Below, in pieces: positions 1 to 10,127 of a stretch of DNA of 64,000 nucleotides (position 1 is its first letter; every line of letters begins with the position of its first letter). A program made the translations under genes and the position numbers. Origin of the DNA: a virus (Duplodnaviria; Caudoviricetes); the IMG/VR virus record IMGVR_UViG_3300027749_000112, positions 1,200-65,199 of that record, one strand, 5' to 3'. The notes under the pieces are model-generated. The model searched no databases. It was given only the letters and a program-made list of their open reading frames with translations, and was not told the DNA's origin.

Positions 1-431
1 CCATTTCCAGAGAATGTGCCGTCGTTGATAGGGGTTCCATTGCTTGTAAACCCACTTCCAGAGAACGTACCGTCGTTGATGAAAGAGTAGTTGGCGGTAA
101 ACCCATTTCCAGAGAACGTGCCCCCGTTGATGGTAGTAGAGCCGATGTTTATCCCGCTTCCCGTGAACGTGCCGCCGCTTATGGTAGAGAACAAGACGGC
201 AATTCCATTTATGTCACAAGAACCTGTTACTCCTTCCGCACAACCTTGAGAACCTAGTGTGATCCCAAAATCAGTAGCACTAACTAAGTTAGACGCAGAA
301 GTTGATCCATCTTGTCCAGACCAAGGAATTTCCGTTGGATTACTGCCGCTTCCATCTGCGGCGGTATTCCAGTTAGATAGGGTTTCCCACAGCTCGTCTC
401 CGCTTGCGTTGGTGTAGTAAAGGTTTGGCAT
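1..431 (-). CDS. 5' part of a putative tail fibre/adhesin with 16-aa beta-helix-like repeats (runs off the left edge)
   Basis: Read manually: ATG at 431, MPNLYYTNASGDELWETLSNW...; repeats ISGGTFTGSG/INGGTFSGNG/INDGTFSGSG/INDGTFSGNG with 48-nt period; no stop before position 1. Confidence 0.7.
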   Translation of the reverse strand, partial: MPNLYYTNASGDELWETLSNWNTAADGSGSNPTEIPWSGQDGSTSASNLVSATDFGITLGSQGCAEGVTGSCDINGIAVLFSTISGGTFTGSGINIGSTTINGGTFSGNGFTANYSFINDGTFSGSGFTSNGTPINDGTFSGN

Positions 432-441
432 AGCCTAAAAC

Positions 442-735
442 CTAATCTTGGAACACGCGGGTCAGTGCGCCATTAGCATCATAACTCAGGTCGAGATAAT
501 AGACCTCCGTGCCGTTCTGCTTGAACGTGATGTAGGTCGGCTTGGTTGGATACGAGCTGTTATTATACTGAAAAACGACATCGTTGTAGGGAGGGATTTG
601 TAGTCCAGAAAGAAACGTGACGGGGAGAGGGTTTTGCGCGGAAGCGGCTACGGGATTCCCCTGCGGATCTAAGAATACCTCAGCATCAGCTCCTACCGGC
701 TTCGTGAAACCACCTATTGTTGTGATGTCGCTCAT
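442..735 (-). CDS. small tail-associated structural protein
   Basis: 97 aa in tail gene run; C-terminal YPTKPTYITFK...LSYDANGALTRV; preceded by GTTGAC-N15-ATG. Confidence 0.6.
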   Translation of the reverse strand: MSDITTIGGFTKPVGADAEVFLDPQGNPVAASAQNPLPVTFLSGLQIPPYNDVVFQYNNSSYPTKPTYITFKQNGTEVYYLDLSYDANGALTRVFQD

Positions 736-756
736 GACTTATTCAGTCATGTCAAC
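733..756 (-). promoter_or_regulatory. GTTGAC-N15-ATG motif
   Basis: GTTGAC ATGACTGAATAAGTC ATG. Confidence 0.7.
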
Positions 757-835
757 GATAGCTTCATTAGCTCACGGGCAACCCCACTGACCAGTAGCCT
801 CGTTGTACACGAAGAAGACATCACATCCTCGCATC

Positions 836-2875
836 CTACCAACTTTCCCCCCAATACGGGGTGTCAGGGCAGTTATATTGACCAGTAGCGTCGTCGTATA
901 TCCTGAAACCGCGCCCGCATCCGCAGCCGTACTCAAAATTGAAGCTGTTGCAAACCCCATCGCAATACCATGTCTGTTCGTTATTACAGCAAGTTCCATT
1001 AGCGTCTGCTACAATTCCACTATTACAAACACCATCGCAGCCCCTATCCACATTTGCGCAATCCGCGCATCTAGTATAGCAAGTATATCCACACGAATCG
1101 CCATAGACAGACTCGGGATCTACCCCATAAGGGCAGATGTCTGGATTAACACCACCATCCTGGCACGGCGTCCAGTAATCGCAAGGATTGGGCCACCACG
1201 GGAAATAGCAGTTTGTAGTGCATGCCGTAGTTCCGCAGGCCATATAGTCAACGGGATACTGTCCTGTGTTATAGCAGTTGTTTTGATCAAACCAACCGGA
1301 GGGGCATTCCCCCCCAGAAAGGCAAGGATCAAGCGGTGGCTCGGCGCATTCGTAGCATGTGACCCCCCTGCAGCCAGCAAACTCTATAGGGATTGGGGTA
1401 CTAGATGTGCCATACGGGCAATCCGGCGAGTTGGGGGAGTGGAACCCACCCTGGCATGGACAATCAGACTTGGGTAGGCAACCACCATAGCAAGTGTTGG
1501 AATAAGTTGAGCAGGCGCAAGAGGGATAGGCAGTTGCCGGATCAACCCCAAAGGTATTTGGCCCATAGCAGTCGCTATCTGTCACAGAGCTATCAGGGCA
1601 ATCACACGGACACTCTGCCGGAACTATGACTGGAGCTGATGTAACGGATCCGTACTTACAGTCTGCCGTGAAGGTATATCTACCTCCCGAACCAGAAACG
1701 ACGCTTACGGCCTTGCCGAAAACTTGATTTTGCCCAGGTAGAAGCATGCAACTACCAAGCCCATGAACACTCACGATCACCCCACCCGATGCCCTGCCGC
1801 CAATGACTGTATCCACCGTTGTGCTCAAGCTAACTGTTATTTCGAGATGCATCACTGCATAGCACGAAGTATCGGATGTCAGGCAGCTATCGGCGCTTTC
1901 TGCGTAAATGGAGAGGGTTGGATATTGCGTTGGTTCCAAGGGAGGGCGCTTTGGCACTTCATTGCCACCGCCACCGCCACCACCACCTGCTGTTCCACCA
2001 GACCCATCTCCTCCTCCTGGCGGGTTATTCGCTCCACCGCCACCACCAGAACTACCACCAGAACTACCACCTCTGGGTGGATTTGGGTCAGCTCCCAGTT
2101 GTGGTGATGGAATACGCGGTTGCGGGGGGATGACTGGAGCGGCGATAACCAGAACTACTGCCGAATTGCCTTCTGCATCTATAGCTTCAACATTGTAATT
2201 GAGTGACCCATCAGTAGGTTGAGAGTAGCTCCAGTTTCCAGAACTATTGACCAACACAGAATGATCTACCCCATTGATGGTGAGCGTAATGGTGGAGTTG
2301 GGAGTGGCCGTGCCAACGATTGTCAAAATTCCTCCTGCAACTACAGAAGAAGTAATGCCGATCTTAACATCTGTTTGAGAGGAGTATGAGAGATCAATAT
2401 TATAGCTGGCACCGCTGCTAGAGGGTTGGGAGTAGCTCCAGTTTCCAGAACTATTGACCAACACAGAATGATTTACCCCATTGATGGCGAGCGTAATAGT
2501 GGAGTTGGGTGATCCAGTCCCAGAAATCACCAAATTGCCGCCCGTCACGACTACTTGAGTAATCACCGGAGGCGTTGGGAGTGGCGGAATAATCTGACCA
2601 GGATACGCATCGCTTGTCCAATCAGCGGCCCTCAAGTCATCTTCACTAATTTCAACAGGAGACCCTGGAATACTACCTCCATTTGGGCCTATCGAAGCAT
2701 TAGCGACTAAGCCAAAGGTTTTAACAACATGATTAGGCGAGCTTTTGACCCAGGCCCCACCAACCCAATAGATCCATCCTGATGACCATGCGGCGCGGCG
2801 GATAGGGCAACCAGCAAAGCGCGCTTCTCCCCACAGATGCGCGCCAGCAAGTTGTGCTGCCGTTAGGCGCGTCAT
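836..2875 (-). CDS. tail/adhesion protein: two Ig-like (Big) repeats, Pro/Gly linker, Cys-rich C-terminus
   Basis: Duplicated PNSTITLxINGVxHSVLVNSSGNWSYSQP; Gly-rich linker; dozens of Cys in the last ~270 aa. Confidence 0.7.
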   Translation of the reverse strand: MTRLTAAQLAGAHLWGEARFAGCPIRRAAWSSGWIYWVGGAWVKSSPNHVVKTFGLVANASIGPNGGSIPGSPVEISEDDLRAADWTSDAYPGQIIPPLPTPPVITQVVVTGGNLVISGTGSPNSTITLAINGVNHSVLVNSSGNWSYSQPSSSGASYNIDLSYSSQTDVKIGITSSVVAGGILTIVGTATPNSTITLTINGVDHSVLVNSSGNWSYSQPTDGSLNYNVEAIDAEGNSAVVLVIAAPVIPPQPRIPSPQLGADPNPPRGGSSGGSSGGGGGANNPPGGGDGSGGTAGGGGGGGGNEVPKRPPLEPTQYPTLSIYAESADSCLTSDTSCYAVMHLEITVSLSTTVDTVIGGRASGGVIVSVHGLGSCMLLPGQNQVFGKAVSVVSGSGGRYTFTADCKYGSVTSAPVIVPAECPCDCPDSSVTDSDCYGPNTFGVDPATAYPSCACSTYSNTCYGGCLPKSDCPCQGGFHSPNSPDCPYGTSSTPIPIEFAGCRGVTCYECAEPPLDPCLSGGECPSGWFDQNNCYNTGQYPVDYMACGTTACTTNCYFPWWPNPCDYWTPCQDGGVNPDICPYGVDPESVYGDSCGYTCYTRCADCANVDRGCDGVCNSGIVADANGTCCNNEQTWYCDGVCNSFNFEYGCGCGRGFRIYDDATGQYNCPDTPYWGESW
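2223..2509. repeat. ~80-bp intragenic direct repeat (2223-2302 and 2430-2509)
   Basis: gagtagctccagtttccagaactattgaccaacacagaatgat... present twice, 207 bp apart; encodes the Ig-like repeats. Confidence 0.9.
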
Positions 2876-4680
2876 GTGCCTAGCAAATTACGGGTAAGGG
2901 TTATAGGGAATGATGGAGTTATTTTTTTGAGAATAACCGGAAGCCCCGCAATCCTGACAGCATGATCGAATCTAATCTCCGCAAGTGCGGAGAATGATGC
3001 TATAGAATCTTCAGGGCCTTCAAAGACGCTATTCAAGCGCTCTCCTCGAAGCCCAAGATTGATTTCATAATGGCGAACCGTAACATCGCCAAGAGGTGTC
3101 CATTCACCCGTGCTCTCAAAGATCGTTTCCCCCGTGGAAGGATCCTTCATGACCAGTCGGAGCGTCCCAAGATTTAATACAAGCAAGTTAGGAGTAGATG
3201 CTCCATCGAAGAAGGCTATATCCAGGAGGATGTCTGTATCTGTCTTGAACGAAAACGATGGCGGCGTCAAAATCTGGCCATTTGTGGCATCTATCTTAAC
3301 CTCGATTGAGGCAGGATTGTTCCATGCGCCGGCGTAGATAGAAATGGGCAACTCGTAAGCGGCGCTCGATCCAGAGGAGTTGGTTGCCGTAACTGTAGCG
3401 ATCCAAATCCCCTGCACATTTACAGATCCTCCTATGGCTCCCGTTGCCGAATTGGCATAAATTCCAGGAGGCAAATTCGTCCAAGCCCACGAGGTAGGCG
3501 ATTTTGTCGCGCGCGGCTGAAAAATCCATGTGTCATTGATGGGGAATTCAATGACCGAAGAGGAAGAGGAAATGACGGGCACCATGGCGATGGATAGAAA
3601 TGAAGTCGTGACTTGGGCCGATGGTAAGTAGGTCGCGTTTCCATCTTGGCTTGCTGTCAACACTACCGTTCCCTCACCAATCAGTGTGATTGTGTTCCCA
3701 TCAATCAATGCTGGGCCGCTTTGGACGGCAACGGTTACTGGCAGCCCAGAGGATGCGACTGGTGGAGTGATCGTCATCACCGGCGTGTACGGAGGATTAA
3801 CGATGGTGGCAAAGGGAGCAATCGTTTGAGTGAGCTTGCCAACAGAGAAGGATGTCGTGACTTGGGTGGCCGCCGCCAGATTGGCATCTCCTGCTTGGTT
3901 AGCCGCAAGCACGACAGTTCCAGAAGCCCCCGTTAGGGTAATTGTATTGCCACTTATTGTAGCTGGGCCAGATTGGACATTTACCGTAACGGGCAGGCCT
4001 GAGCTGGATGTGGGCAGAATTATCGTGAAAGGGGCAGCTCCTGGCGTCTTGGCTGCGATGGTGGCAAAGGGAGTAATCGTTTGCACTTCATAAAAAAACA
4101 TGGTGGGCCATTCAACGCTCCCTGCGGGTCGGATCGAGCCTCCTGAATCCATCCACCAGTTTATAGCGGATGCGCTAAAGATTGCTGATGGTGACGGGAT
4201 CGGATTTGTTGGTACTAATGATCCGTACACGCCGACTGGATTTCCATTATATGAGACTCGCCCACAAGCTAAGGCGCTTCTACAAAATGCTAAACCCGTA
4301 ACTCCAGGAACCTTTACTGCTGCGTCAGCAAAATCAATATCAAGAAGATCATGCCCAACGAGTGTGCTTAAATCAAAATCACTTAACCCATATATGCTTA
4401 ATGCGTTGGGAATCGAAAGGTTTAAGTAAGCTCCAGTAGCAGCATTATTAGAGTAGAATATAACAATTTTCTTCTCTACATCTGCTTGAAGGGTTACTGA
4501 TATATTTTGATTATATACAAATTGGCTACCATTAGCCCCCGACCCAGCATACCATGCAAAAGTGTCATCTACACTGATGCGTGAAATAGTGTATGTACCA
4601 GCGACAGACGATTTAACGTATAATGGTATTACGGCTGAGAAAAGCGTATCGCCCCTAAAAAGAATGCCAATCTTAGCCAT
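2872..4680 (-). CDS. tail protein with tandem Ig-like repeats and He_PIG-like domain
   Basis: Two QTIxPFATI...SSGLPVTVxVQSGPAxIxGNTITL repeats; LPPGIYANSATGAIGG...VTATNSSGS typical of putative Ig domains. Confidence 0.7.
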   Translation of the reverse strand: MAKIGILFRGDTLFSAVIPLYVKSSVAGTYTISRISVDDTFAWYAGSGANGSQFVYNQNISVTLQADVEKKIVIFYSNNAATGAYLNLSIPNALSIYGLSDFDLSTLVGHDLLDIDFADAAVKVPGVTGLAFCRSALACGRVSYNGNPVGVYGSLVPTNPIPSPSAIFSASAINWWMDSGGSIRPAGSVEWPTMFFYEVQTITPFATIAAKTPGAAPFTIILPTSSSGLPVTVNVQSGPATISGNTITLTGASGTVVLAANQAGDANLAAATQVTTSFSVGKLTQTIAPFATIVNPPYTPVMTITPPVASSGLPVTVAVQSGPALIDGNTITLIGEGTVVLTASQDGNATYLPSAQVTTSFLSIAMVPVISSSSSVIEFPINDTWIFQPRATKSPTSWAWTNLPPGIYANSATGAIGGSVNVQGIWIATVTATNSSGSSAAYELPISIYAGAWNNPASIEVKIDATNGQILTPPSFSFKTDTDILLDIAFFDGASTPNLLVLNLGTLRLVMKDPSTGETIFESTGEWTPLGDVTVRHYEINLGLRGERLNSVFEGPEDSIASFSALAEIRFDHAVRIAGLPVILKKITPSFPITLTRNLLGT

Positions 4681-4691
4681 GACTACTCCTA

Positions 4692-5747
4692 TTAACCGAG
4701 GCTGTCCGCCTCTTTAGGGTTCGCCGCCACGTTATAGGCGACATATCCTGATGGGTCGGAGATTTGGTTTTCTATATCGAACTGAGACAGACGAACTCTC
4801 AGCACAAAGTCATCCCCGACCGGAGTAGTTCCTGGGATCAGGTTTGGAGTGCGGGAATAAAGACTTCTAAATCCGCTAATCCCTTCAACGGTTCGCCTGA
4901 ACGTAATGCCAAGTGAATGATCTGTGGTGACATCGGTGATGACCACCTGCTGATCGATTGCTGGAGGAAGGTACTCGTAGGCCTTCAAGTTAGGCCCGAT
5001 TGAACCTGGAGACACATCATCAACCCTCTGGCCGAATTCCATAATCACACTCCATACGCACGCGCTTTGAGCGCTGATTGAGCGGAAGGAAAAGACTCGG
5101 GAGAGCTTGAATTGCTCGCCTACTGGTAATCCCTGAAGTGTGAATGGAAACGTATAAATAGTCCTCTCGAAGGCTGTGGGGTAATAAGATGAGGAGGATT
5201 GCGTGTGGATCCACCCGCCCGATCCGCCTCCGCTAGAGGCATCTGAATAGATGACACCATTGGCATCAGCAATCTTGAAAGTGGTGCCGCTTGATTCAGC
5301 GATACGATACCGAACCCCCGTGCCACTGAAGTTGATTGATTGCCCATTGCTGGTCATGGTCGCGTTTACAAAACCGTGCAGCTCCAGCGTCTCCCCATTG
5401 ATAAAAAAGTGCGGCTTGGCTGTGGTGAAAACTCCCGCTTCAAGGGATACAACCTGATAAGTAAGGCTAGGCTTATTCTTGAGTCGATAGAACCCCATGC
5501 CATTACTACTGAAGTATTCTCCATTACGGATCGATCCAGCAGGGAAGTTCCCTTGAGCTGGCAGATTGATCGCGTTTCCAGTTGCGTTCTTAAAAAGCAG
5601 TCCGGTAACTTCCTGTGGATTGGGAAGCGTATACACCCCACCCGTCAGGATAATGTCCATTGCGGTTGTCGCATGAACAGCAGGCAACAGCCCCATCGAG
5701 GGCTGAGGTAGCTGTGTGATTTTTGAGAGGCCTCCAGTAAGTAGCAT
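4692..5747 (-). CDS. tail/baseplate-region protein
   Basis: 351 aa, translationally coupled within the tail gene run; resembles C-terminus of upstream gene. Confidence 0.6.
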   Translation of the reverse strand: MLLTGGLSKITQLPQPSMGLLPAVHATTAMDIILTGGVYTLPNPQEVTGLLFKNATGNAINLPAQGNFPAGSIRNGEYFSSNGMGFYRLKNKPSLTYQVVSLEAGVFTTAKPHFFINGETLELHGFVNATMTSNGQSINFSGTGVRYRIAESSGTTFKIADANGVIYSDASSGGGSGGWIHTQSSSSYYPTAFERTIYTFPFTLQGLPVGEQFKLSRVFSFRSISAQSACVWSVIMEFGQRVDDVSPGSIGPNLKAYEYLPPAIDQQVVITDVTTDHSLGITFRRTVEGISGFRSLYSRTPNLIPGTTPVGDDFVLRVRLSQFDIENQISDPSGYVAYNVAANPKEADSLG

Positions 5748-8344
5748 TATTTTGAGATGGTTAGTTGGCTCGGTGGGACATGGAGACTGAGTTGCCCCGT
5801 AGAAGGAGGATTGCTGTCGGTCTCAAACTCCTTGAGCGCAATCACCAGCACGACATCCCCTGATGGGAATGGAGCACCCGCTTGCTTTACTCCGTAAGAA
5901 GTCAGGGTGGTCTTTGATTCTCCCTCCCCGTCCGGCCTAGATACCGCTAAGGAAAAGGAGCGTGTCTCCCTGGACTGAGAGAAGCTCAGCTCGGTGCTGG
6001 CAAGAACTACAGGAGCCGAGACCAGCGAGGGAGATGCCGGGATCGCCAGAACTTGCAGGGAGTATCGAGCAAATAGATCCGTCTTCAGGGAATCAAAGGT
6101 TGCTGGAGAGAGAAGGGCCGTCGTGCTCCATGAGAACTCCAAGTTCGAACCCGCAGGGAATGCCCTGGAGGAAATGGCGACCCTTGCGATCTCGCGATCC
6201 ATCTCGACGGGATGCCAGAGGGAATCACCCCCAAGATAGACAGGGTAAAAAGTATCCCCATCACTGGCAAAATATCCCCCCGCAGGGATGGCAGCGGCCT
6301 TTCTCCCCAATGAAGAAGGGAGGGTGATGCCACCCGATGTCCGATAGACGGCGGCGGGAGTAATATTGGGGGGAGTGATGGCAGTATAGTTCACGGCGGT
6401 TCCAGCTAAGGCCCTTAGCAGTGTTGGAGGCTGGTTCTTGCGTAATGGCGGCCATGCCACAGGTAGGGCTGCCGTACCCAGGGCGAGAGTCTCCATGACC
6501 GTGATGATAGTCTTAGTGACTGCCGTAGCCCCATGGGCTGCGATCGCCTTGGCCTCTTCAATGGTGGCTCCAGCGGCTGTTGCATCGGCCACCGCTTTCT
6601 TTGCGGCATCGAGTTGGGCTTGGAGTGCGACCAGAGCGGCGGCGTTTGTGGCAAGTTGCTCTTGCAGGTCGGTACCAGGCACCGCAGCCACTGCGCTGGA
6701 GCCTTGATTGGTCATAACCTGAGACGAGATGGAAAGAGGGCTATCTTCTAGGGATGCGTCAGGTAAAATTTCACCGAAAGAGGCCACGCTATTGACGGCA
6801 TTTGGGCTTGCCGACGTGGCTGCAGGCGCGATGACTTGCGATGGAACAAGCGACATCAGGTAGGCAACCATGCCGCCTAATGAATCAAGCGTTGTTTGCA
6901 GGTTTGTTATTTGCGCAATCGTATGTGTATGAGCTTGGAATACAGAGGTCGGCCCCGCTGCGGTAATAACGATAGCAATAGACGATGGGCTTGGTGGTGC
7001 CGCAAAAGCTACCGTGAGCTGGCTGGCGCTATCAAACTCCAGGGTATAATCTTCCCCGATACGCAAAATGGTACCATTGGCTGCATTCTGAAATAGAAGG
7101 ACATTGGAGAGGTTGGCGGTCTGAAGGTTATGGATAACGTGAAAAACAGTCGTCGATCCATCACCTATGGTAGTTGTGTAACTCTGTTGGCCCGTAATGA
7201 TTTGATCCTTGGCGAACGGGACGTAAGTGTTAGTGGGAGGTTTTACCCAATCTATCTGATCAACTGATGCTAGGGCTGGAAAAATCAGGGGCGGCTGAAT
7301 TGTTACGTTCGTACTCCAGAGTTTTCTAGTAACGGTTCCTAATGAATGATCAGAAGAGATGTAAAAGTCCGCCTCTGCTTCAAAGGGAATGGTTATATTG
7401 GCTCCAGCAGCATCTCGTAAAGCTGACAGCATCTCCACTGTGCCAAGATCCAGCGTAAAGGTCAGATCACCTGGAGGCGCCGCAAACACTTGTACATTTA
7501 GAAGTGGTAGTGGCTGCGCTGATAATGTTCCGCCAAACTCAATATAGGCCACATTCGAGGTTGGATTTGTGACGATGGCTCTTCCACCTTCTGGGGCAAG
7601 CATTGCATTGAGCGCATTCTGGAGTTGCGTTGCCCCATCCGTAATGTCCAAGAGGATCGTTTTCTCGAAGTTCCTTCTAAGCTGATAAGTCCCCTGAAAG
7701 TTAGGGTTAATGGTAAGCGACTGAACCTCGTTCCATTTCGTGATGCCATCAGGCGATACACCGCCAGCTTGTACTTCAGCGATCTTTGGAGCCGGAGCTG
7801 CTATAAGCGAAGCGCCATCTGTGAAAGCTAGTGGAGCTTGACGTAATCTGACCTGGTAGAAATTAGAACCAGAAAACTCTTCAGCATCCACAACACCAAA
7901 GCTGATTGGCAGGAGTTTGTTTCCGACGATTGATAAGTTTATTACCGATCCATCTGTGCGGCTCACCATATAGCCGCCTGTTACGCCAGTGCATACGAAA
8001 GGATTTCCTGCAGCAATAGGGAGGGCATTAAGCGCGGAGGCAACAGTAGAGAATGTTGCATCAAAGGGAATGGGGGGCGTTGTATTTTCTGCAGTGGAGA
8101 CGCCACCAGATGCTTTTAGCTGGTAGGTTCCTCTTGTGGGTCGCATATCTTTGTACCCCATGCCGATGCGGACTGCCGCGATCTCGGGGTACACTTGTTG
8201 GTAGCTACCCGTGTATTCAATGAACCTTAGGGAATAGATTTGGCGGCCTCCGGCGGTTAGGGTCGGGAAACTATACGCCGTTCCTGAAGCAGCCTTGCAA
8301 ACTGTGCCTTGATATAAATCGCAGTACAGCAGGGTGGAATCCAT
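5747..8344 (-). CDS. large tail structural protein (~865 aa)
   Basis: Start moved to ATG 8344 (MDSTLLY) after GTTGAC-N15; GDGSTTVFHVIHNL and AHTHTIAQITNLQTTLD tail-fibre-type motifs. Confidence 0.7.
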   Translation of the reverse strand: MDSTLLYCDLYQGTVCKAASGTAYSFPTLTAGGRQIYSLRFIEYTGSYQQVYPEIAAVRIGMGYKDMRPTRGTYQLKASGGVSTAENTTPPIPFDATFSTVASALNALPIAAGNPFVCTGVTGGYMVSRTDGSVINLSIVGNKLLPISFGVVDAEEFSGSNFYQVRLRQAPLAFTDGASLIAAPAPKIAEVQAGGVSPDGITKWNEVQSLTINPNFQGTYQLRRNFEKTILLDITDGATQLQNALNAMLAPEGGRAIVTNPTSNVAYIEFGGTLSAQPLPLLNVQVFAAPPGDLTFTLDLGTVEMLSALRDAAGANITIPFEAEADFYISSDHSLGTVTRKLWSTNVTIQPPLIFPALASVDQIDWVKPPTNTYVPFAKDQIITGQQSYTTTIGDGSTTVFHVIHNLQTANLSNVLLFQNAANGTILRIGEDYTLEFDSASQLTVAFAAPPSPSSIAIVITAAGPTSVFQAHTHTIAQITNLQTTLDSLGGMVAYLMSLVPSQVIAPAATSASPNAVNSVASFGEILPDASLEDSPLSISSQVMTNQGSSAVAAVPGTDLQEQLATNAAALVALQAQLDAAKKAVADATAAGATIEEAKAIAAHGATAVTKTIITVMETLALGTAALPVAWPPLRKNQPPTLLRALAGTAVNYTAITPPNITPAAVYRTSGGITLPSSLGRKAAAIPAGGYFASDGDTFYPVYLGGDSLWHPVEMDREIARVAISSRAFPAGSNLEFSWSTTALLSPATFDSLKTDLFARYSLQVLAIPASPSLVSAPVVLASTELSFSQSRETRSFSLAVSRPDGEGESKTTLTSYGVKQAGAPFPSGDVVLVIALKEFETDSNPPSTGQLSLHVPPSQLTISK

Positions 8345-8365
8345 ATTACCTAACCCCATGTCAAC
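8342..8365 (-). promoter_or_regulatory. GTTGAC-N15-ATG motif
   Basis: GTTGAC ATGGGGTTAGGTAAT ATG. Confidence 0.7.
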
Positions 8366-8381
8366 CGATCCCAAGGCCTAT

Positions 8382-8606
8382 TTATTGCAGTGGAGCAAGT
8401 ATGAGGTAGGCATCACTTCCAGACATGGCTTTTTGCCAGATCGAGGGAGGGATGGGGTTTACAATAAAAGGCCATGGTGGGTCTAGCGCCAGTTGTGCAT
8501 TAGCCTCGTTTGTTGCGGCTGTATTTGCTCGCAGCCTAGCCAGCTTATTGAGCCCGTAGGCATCTGAGGGGAAAGCTGGAGCCGGAGGTCGTATGGTTAC
8601 AGGCAT
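8382..8606 (-). CDS. hypothetical tail-region protein
   Basis: 74 aa filling the gap between tail genes. Confidence 0.55.
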   Translation of the reverse strand: MPVTIRPPAPAFPSDAYGLNKLARLRANTAATNEANAQLALDPPWPFIVNPIPPSIWQKAMSGSDAYLILAPLQ

Positions 8607-8609
8607 GAC

Positions 8610-9557
8610 TTAGATAGTGTAGAAGCTGCCGGCGTTAGCGTTATCATTGGAGACAGCATCAATGATGGCTTGTTCGGCAGACTGAGCTGCCCCATATACC
8701 CCAGCCGCAAAAGTATATCGCCCAATAAACCACGCCAAGAAAGGATCTAGTTTATTCTGTTGGAGATTAAACGGCACGATATTGGGCACCTGATAGCCGA
8801 GATTCCAAAAACAATTATGCTTAACAAAAGGCATCCACGAATCGTCTAGGTTGGCACTGAAGTGCTCGTCATCTTGGTTCAACGACAAGAAGTAGACTGT
8901 TGCAATTAGGAAAGAATCCGTCCCGTCATCACCATAGGCCCCAGCCACGCGCTCCTCAAGTGTGGCGGTTTTCTTGTCAGGCATAAATGCTCCCGTCATC
9001 AGCCTGACTCGCGATCCGAAGGTATCTACCGATTTTGTGTTGTAGGTGACCGTATAATCTACCAAGTCTCCTGTGACTAGATTTGCAGGTATGTCCACTG
9101 CTACGCTGAATGTGGCCCTAGCTTGCATCACCCATATTTGACAGCTCATGAGGAGCTTCCCAGCAGTTCCTGGGCAGCAACCAGAGGCAACGATCGGCCT
9201 GTCGGTAGTTAGGGAAAGATTGCCCAGAGCTGCACCACTGGTGTTTAAGGTAGACTCATTAGTGGGAACTGCCCCTAGCTGCACGAAGAATGGTGGGATT
9301 TTTGAAACAGCCTGAACTTCGTATATGGGAATATCAGGATTATCGCATAACCCCTGATTTGTGGGCTTGTAGAGAGGATCGACTCCATTCACGAACCCAG
9401 GAGAGATATTGGCCGTCCAGATAGCCGTCGTTTTTCCATCCGGTTTAGTGAAGTTGCTATACTTCATGTTTACCGCCCAAGGGTGAGTGGGCCGCCGCGA
9501 CTTGGGCGGCATATTGTAGACTTTAGTTCGCTGGCTCTCCGTCGTGAGAAGTTTCAT
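8610..9557 (-). CDS. tail-region protein
   Basis: Start at ATG 9557 overlaps upstream TGA (ATGA coupling). Confidence 0.6.
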   Translation of the reverse strand: MKLLTTESQRTKVYNMPPKSRRPTHPWAVNMKYSNFTKPDGKTTAIWTANISPGFVNGVDPLYKPTNQGLCDNPDIPIYEVQAVSKIPPFFVQLGAVPTNESTLNTSGAALGNLSLTTDRPIVASGCCPGTAGKLLMSCQIWVMQARATFSVAVDIPANLVTGDLVDYTVTYNTKSVDTFGSRVRLMTGAFMPDKKTATLEERVAGAYGDDGTDSFLIATVYFLSLNQDDEHFSANLDDSWMPFVKHNCFWNLGYQVPNIVPFNLQQNKLDPFLAWFIGRYTFAAGVYGAAQSAEQAIIDAVSNDNANAGSFYTI

Positions 9558-10123
9558 GCAGGAATGATCATGTGGCGCCAAAATGCACGCTGCTTAAATG
9601 TCCCCCATTGATAATCGAAGTAAGAAATCTGGATAAGTCTCCCATCTTTCATAATTACGGCGATGGGATGGAAGTAGGCCGATCCATCGGCCGACGCAAT
9701 ATATGGCGAAGTTTGAATTGTGATCGTCATATCGCTCGCTTGAAGGTTTGCCTGAGTTGAGTTTTTAAGACTCCCTGTGGCGGAGTCGATAGTGATGAGG
9801 ATTCCAACCCATGCCCTCCCCTCTTCATCATACTTTGCTTGGCCGTAAATAGATGGTGGCGAGGATTGGCTGTTTCCGTTGATGGGGACAGGATTGGAGC
9901 CAACCACAGGAATTAGTCCGTTGATGTATCCGCGATCAACTTGCACTTGCAGAAAGGCGGAAGTGCCAGCCCCCATGATACCTCCCGTCACAAACCATGC
10001 GCCGCGAGATATTCCCGTTGGTGGAGTATAGAGAATCGTTTCCCCGTTGGCAGATGTTGAGAGCAACCCCTTTCCGGCGATGGGGCGCTGCTTAACTGTA
10101 ATGGGAATGGGATATAAAAACAT
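9554..10123 (-). CDS. tail-region protein
   Basis: Start at ATG 10123 (MFLYPIP), just after the upstream stop; VDRGYING resembles ISPGFVNG of the next gene. Confidence 0.6.
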   Translation of the reverse strand: MFLYPIPITVKQRPIAGKGLLSTSANGETILYTPPTGISRGAWFVTGGIMGAGTSAFLQVQVDRGYINGLIPVVGSNPVPINGNSQSSPPSIYGQAKYDEEGRAWVGILITIDSATGSLKNSTQANLQASDMTITIQTSPYIASADGSAYFHPIAVIMKDGRLIQISYFDYQWGTFKQRAFWRHMIIPA

Positions 10124-10127
10124 GGGA

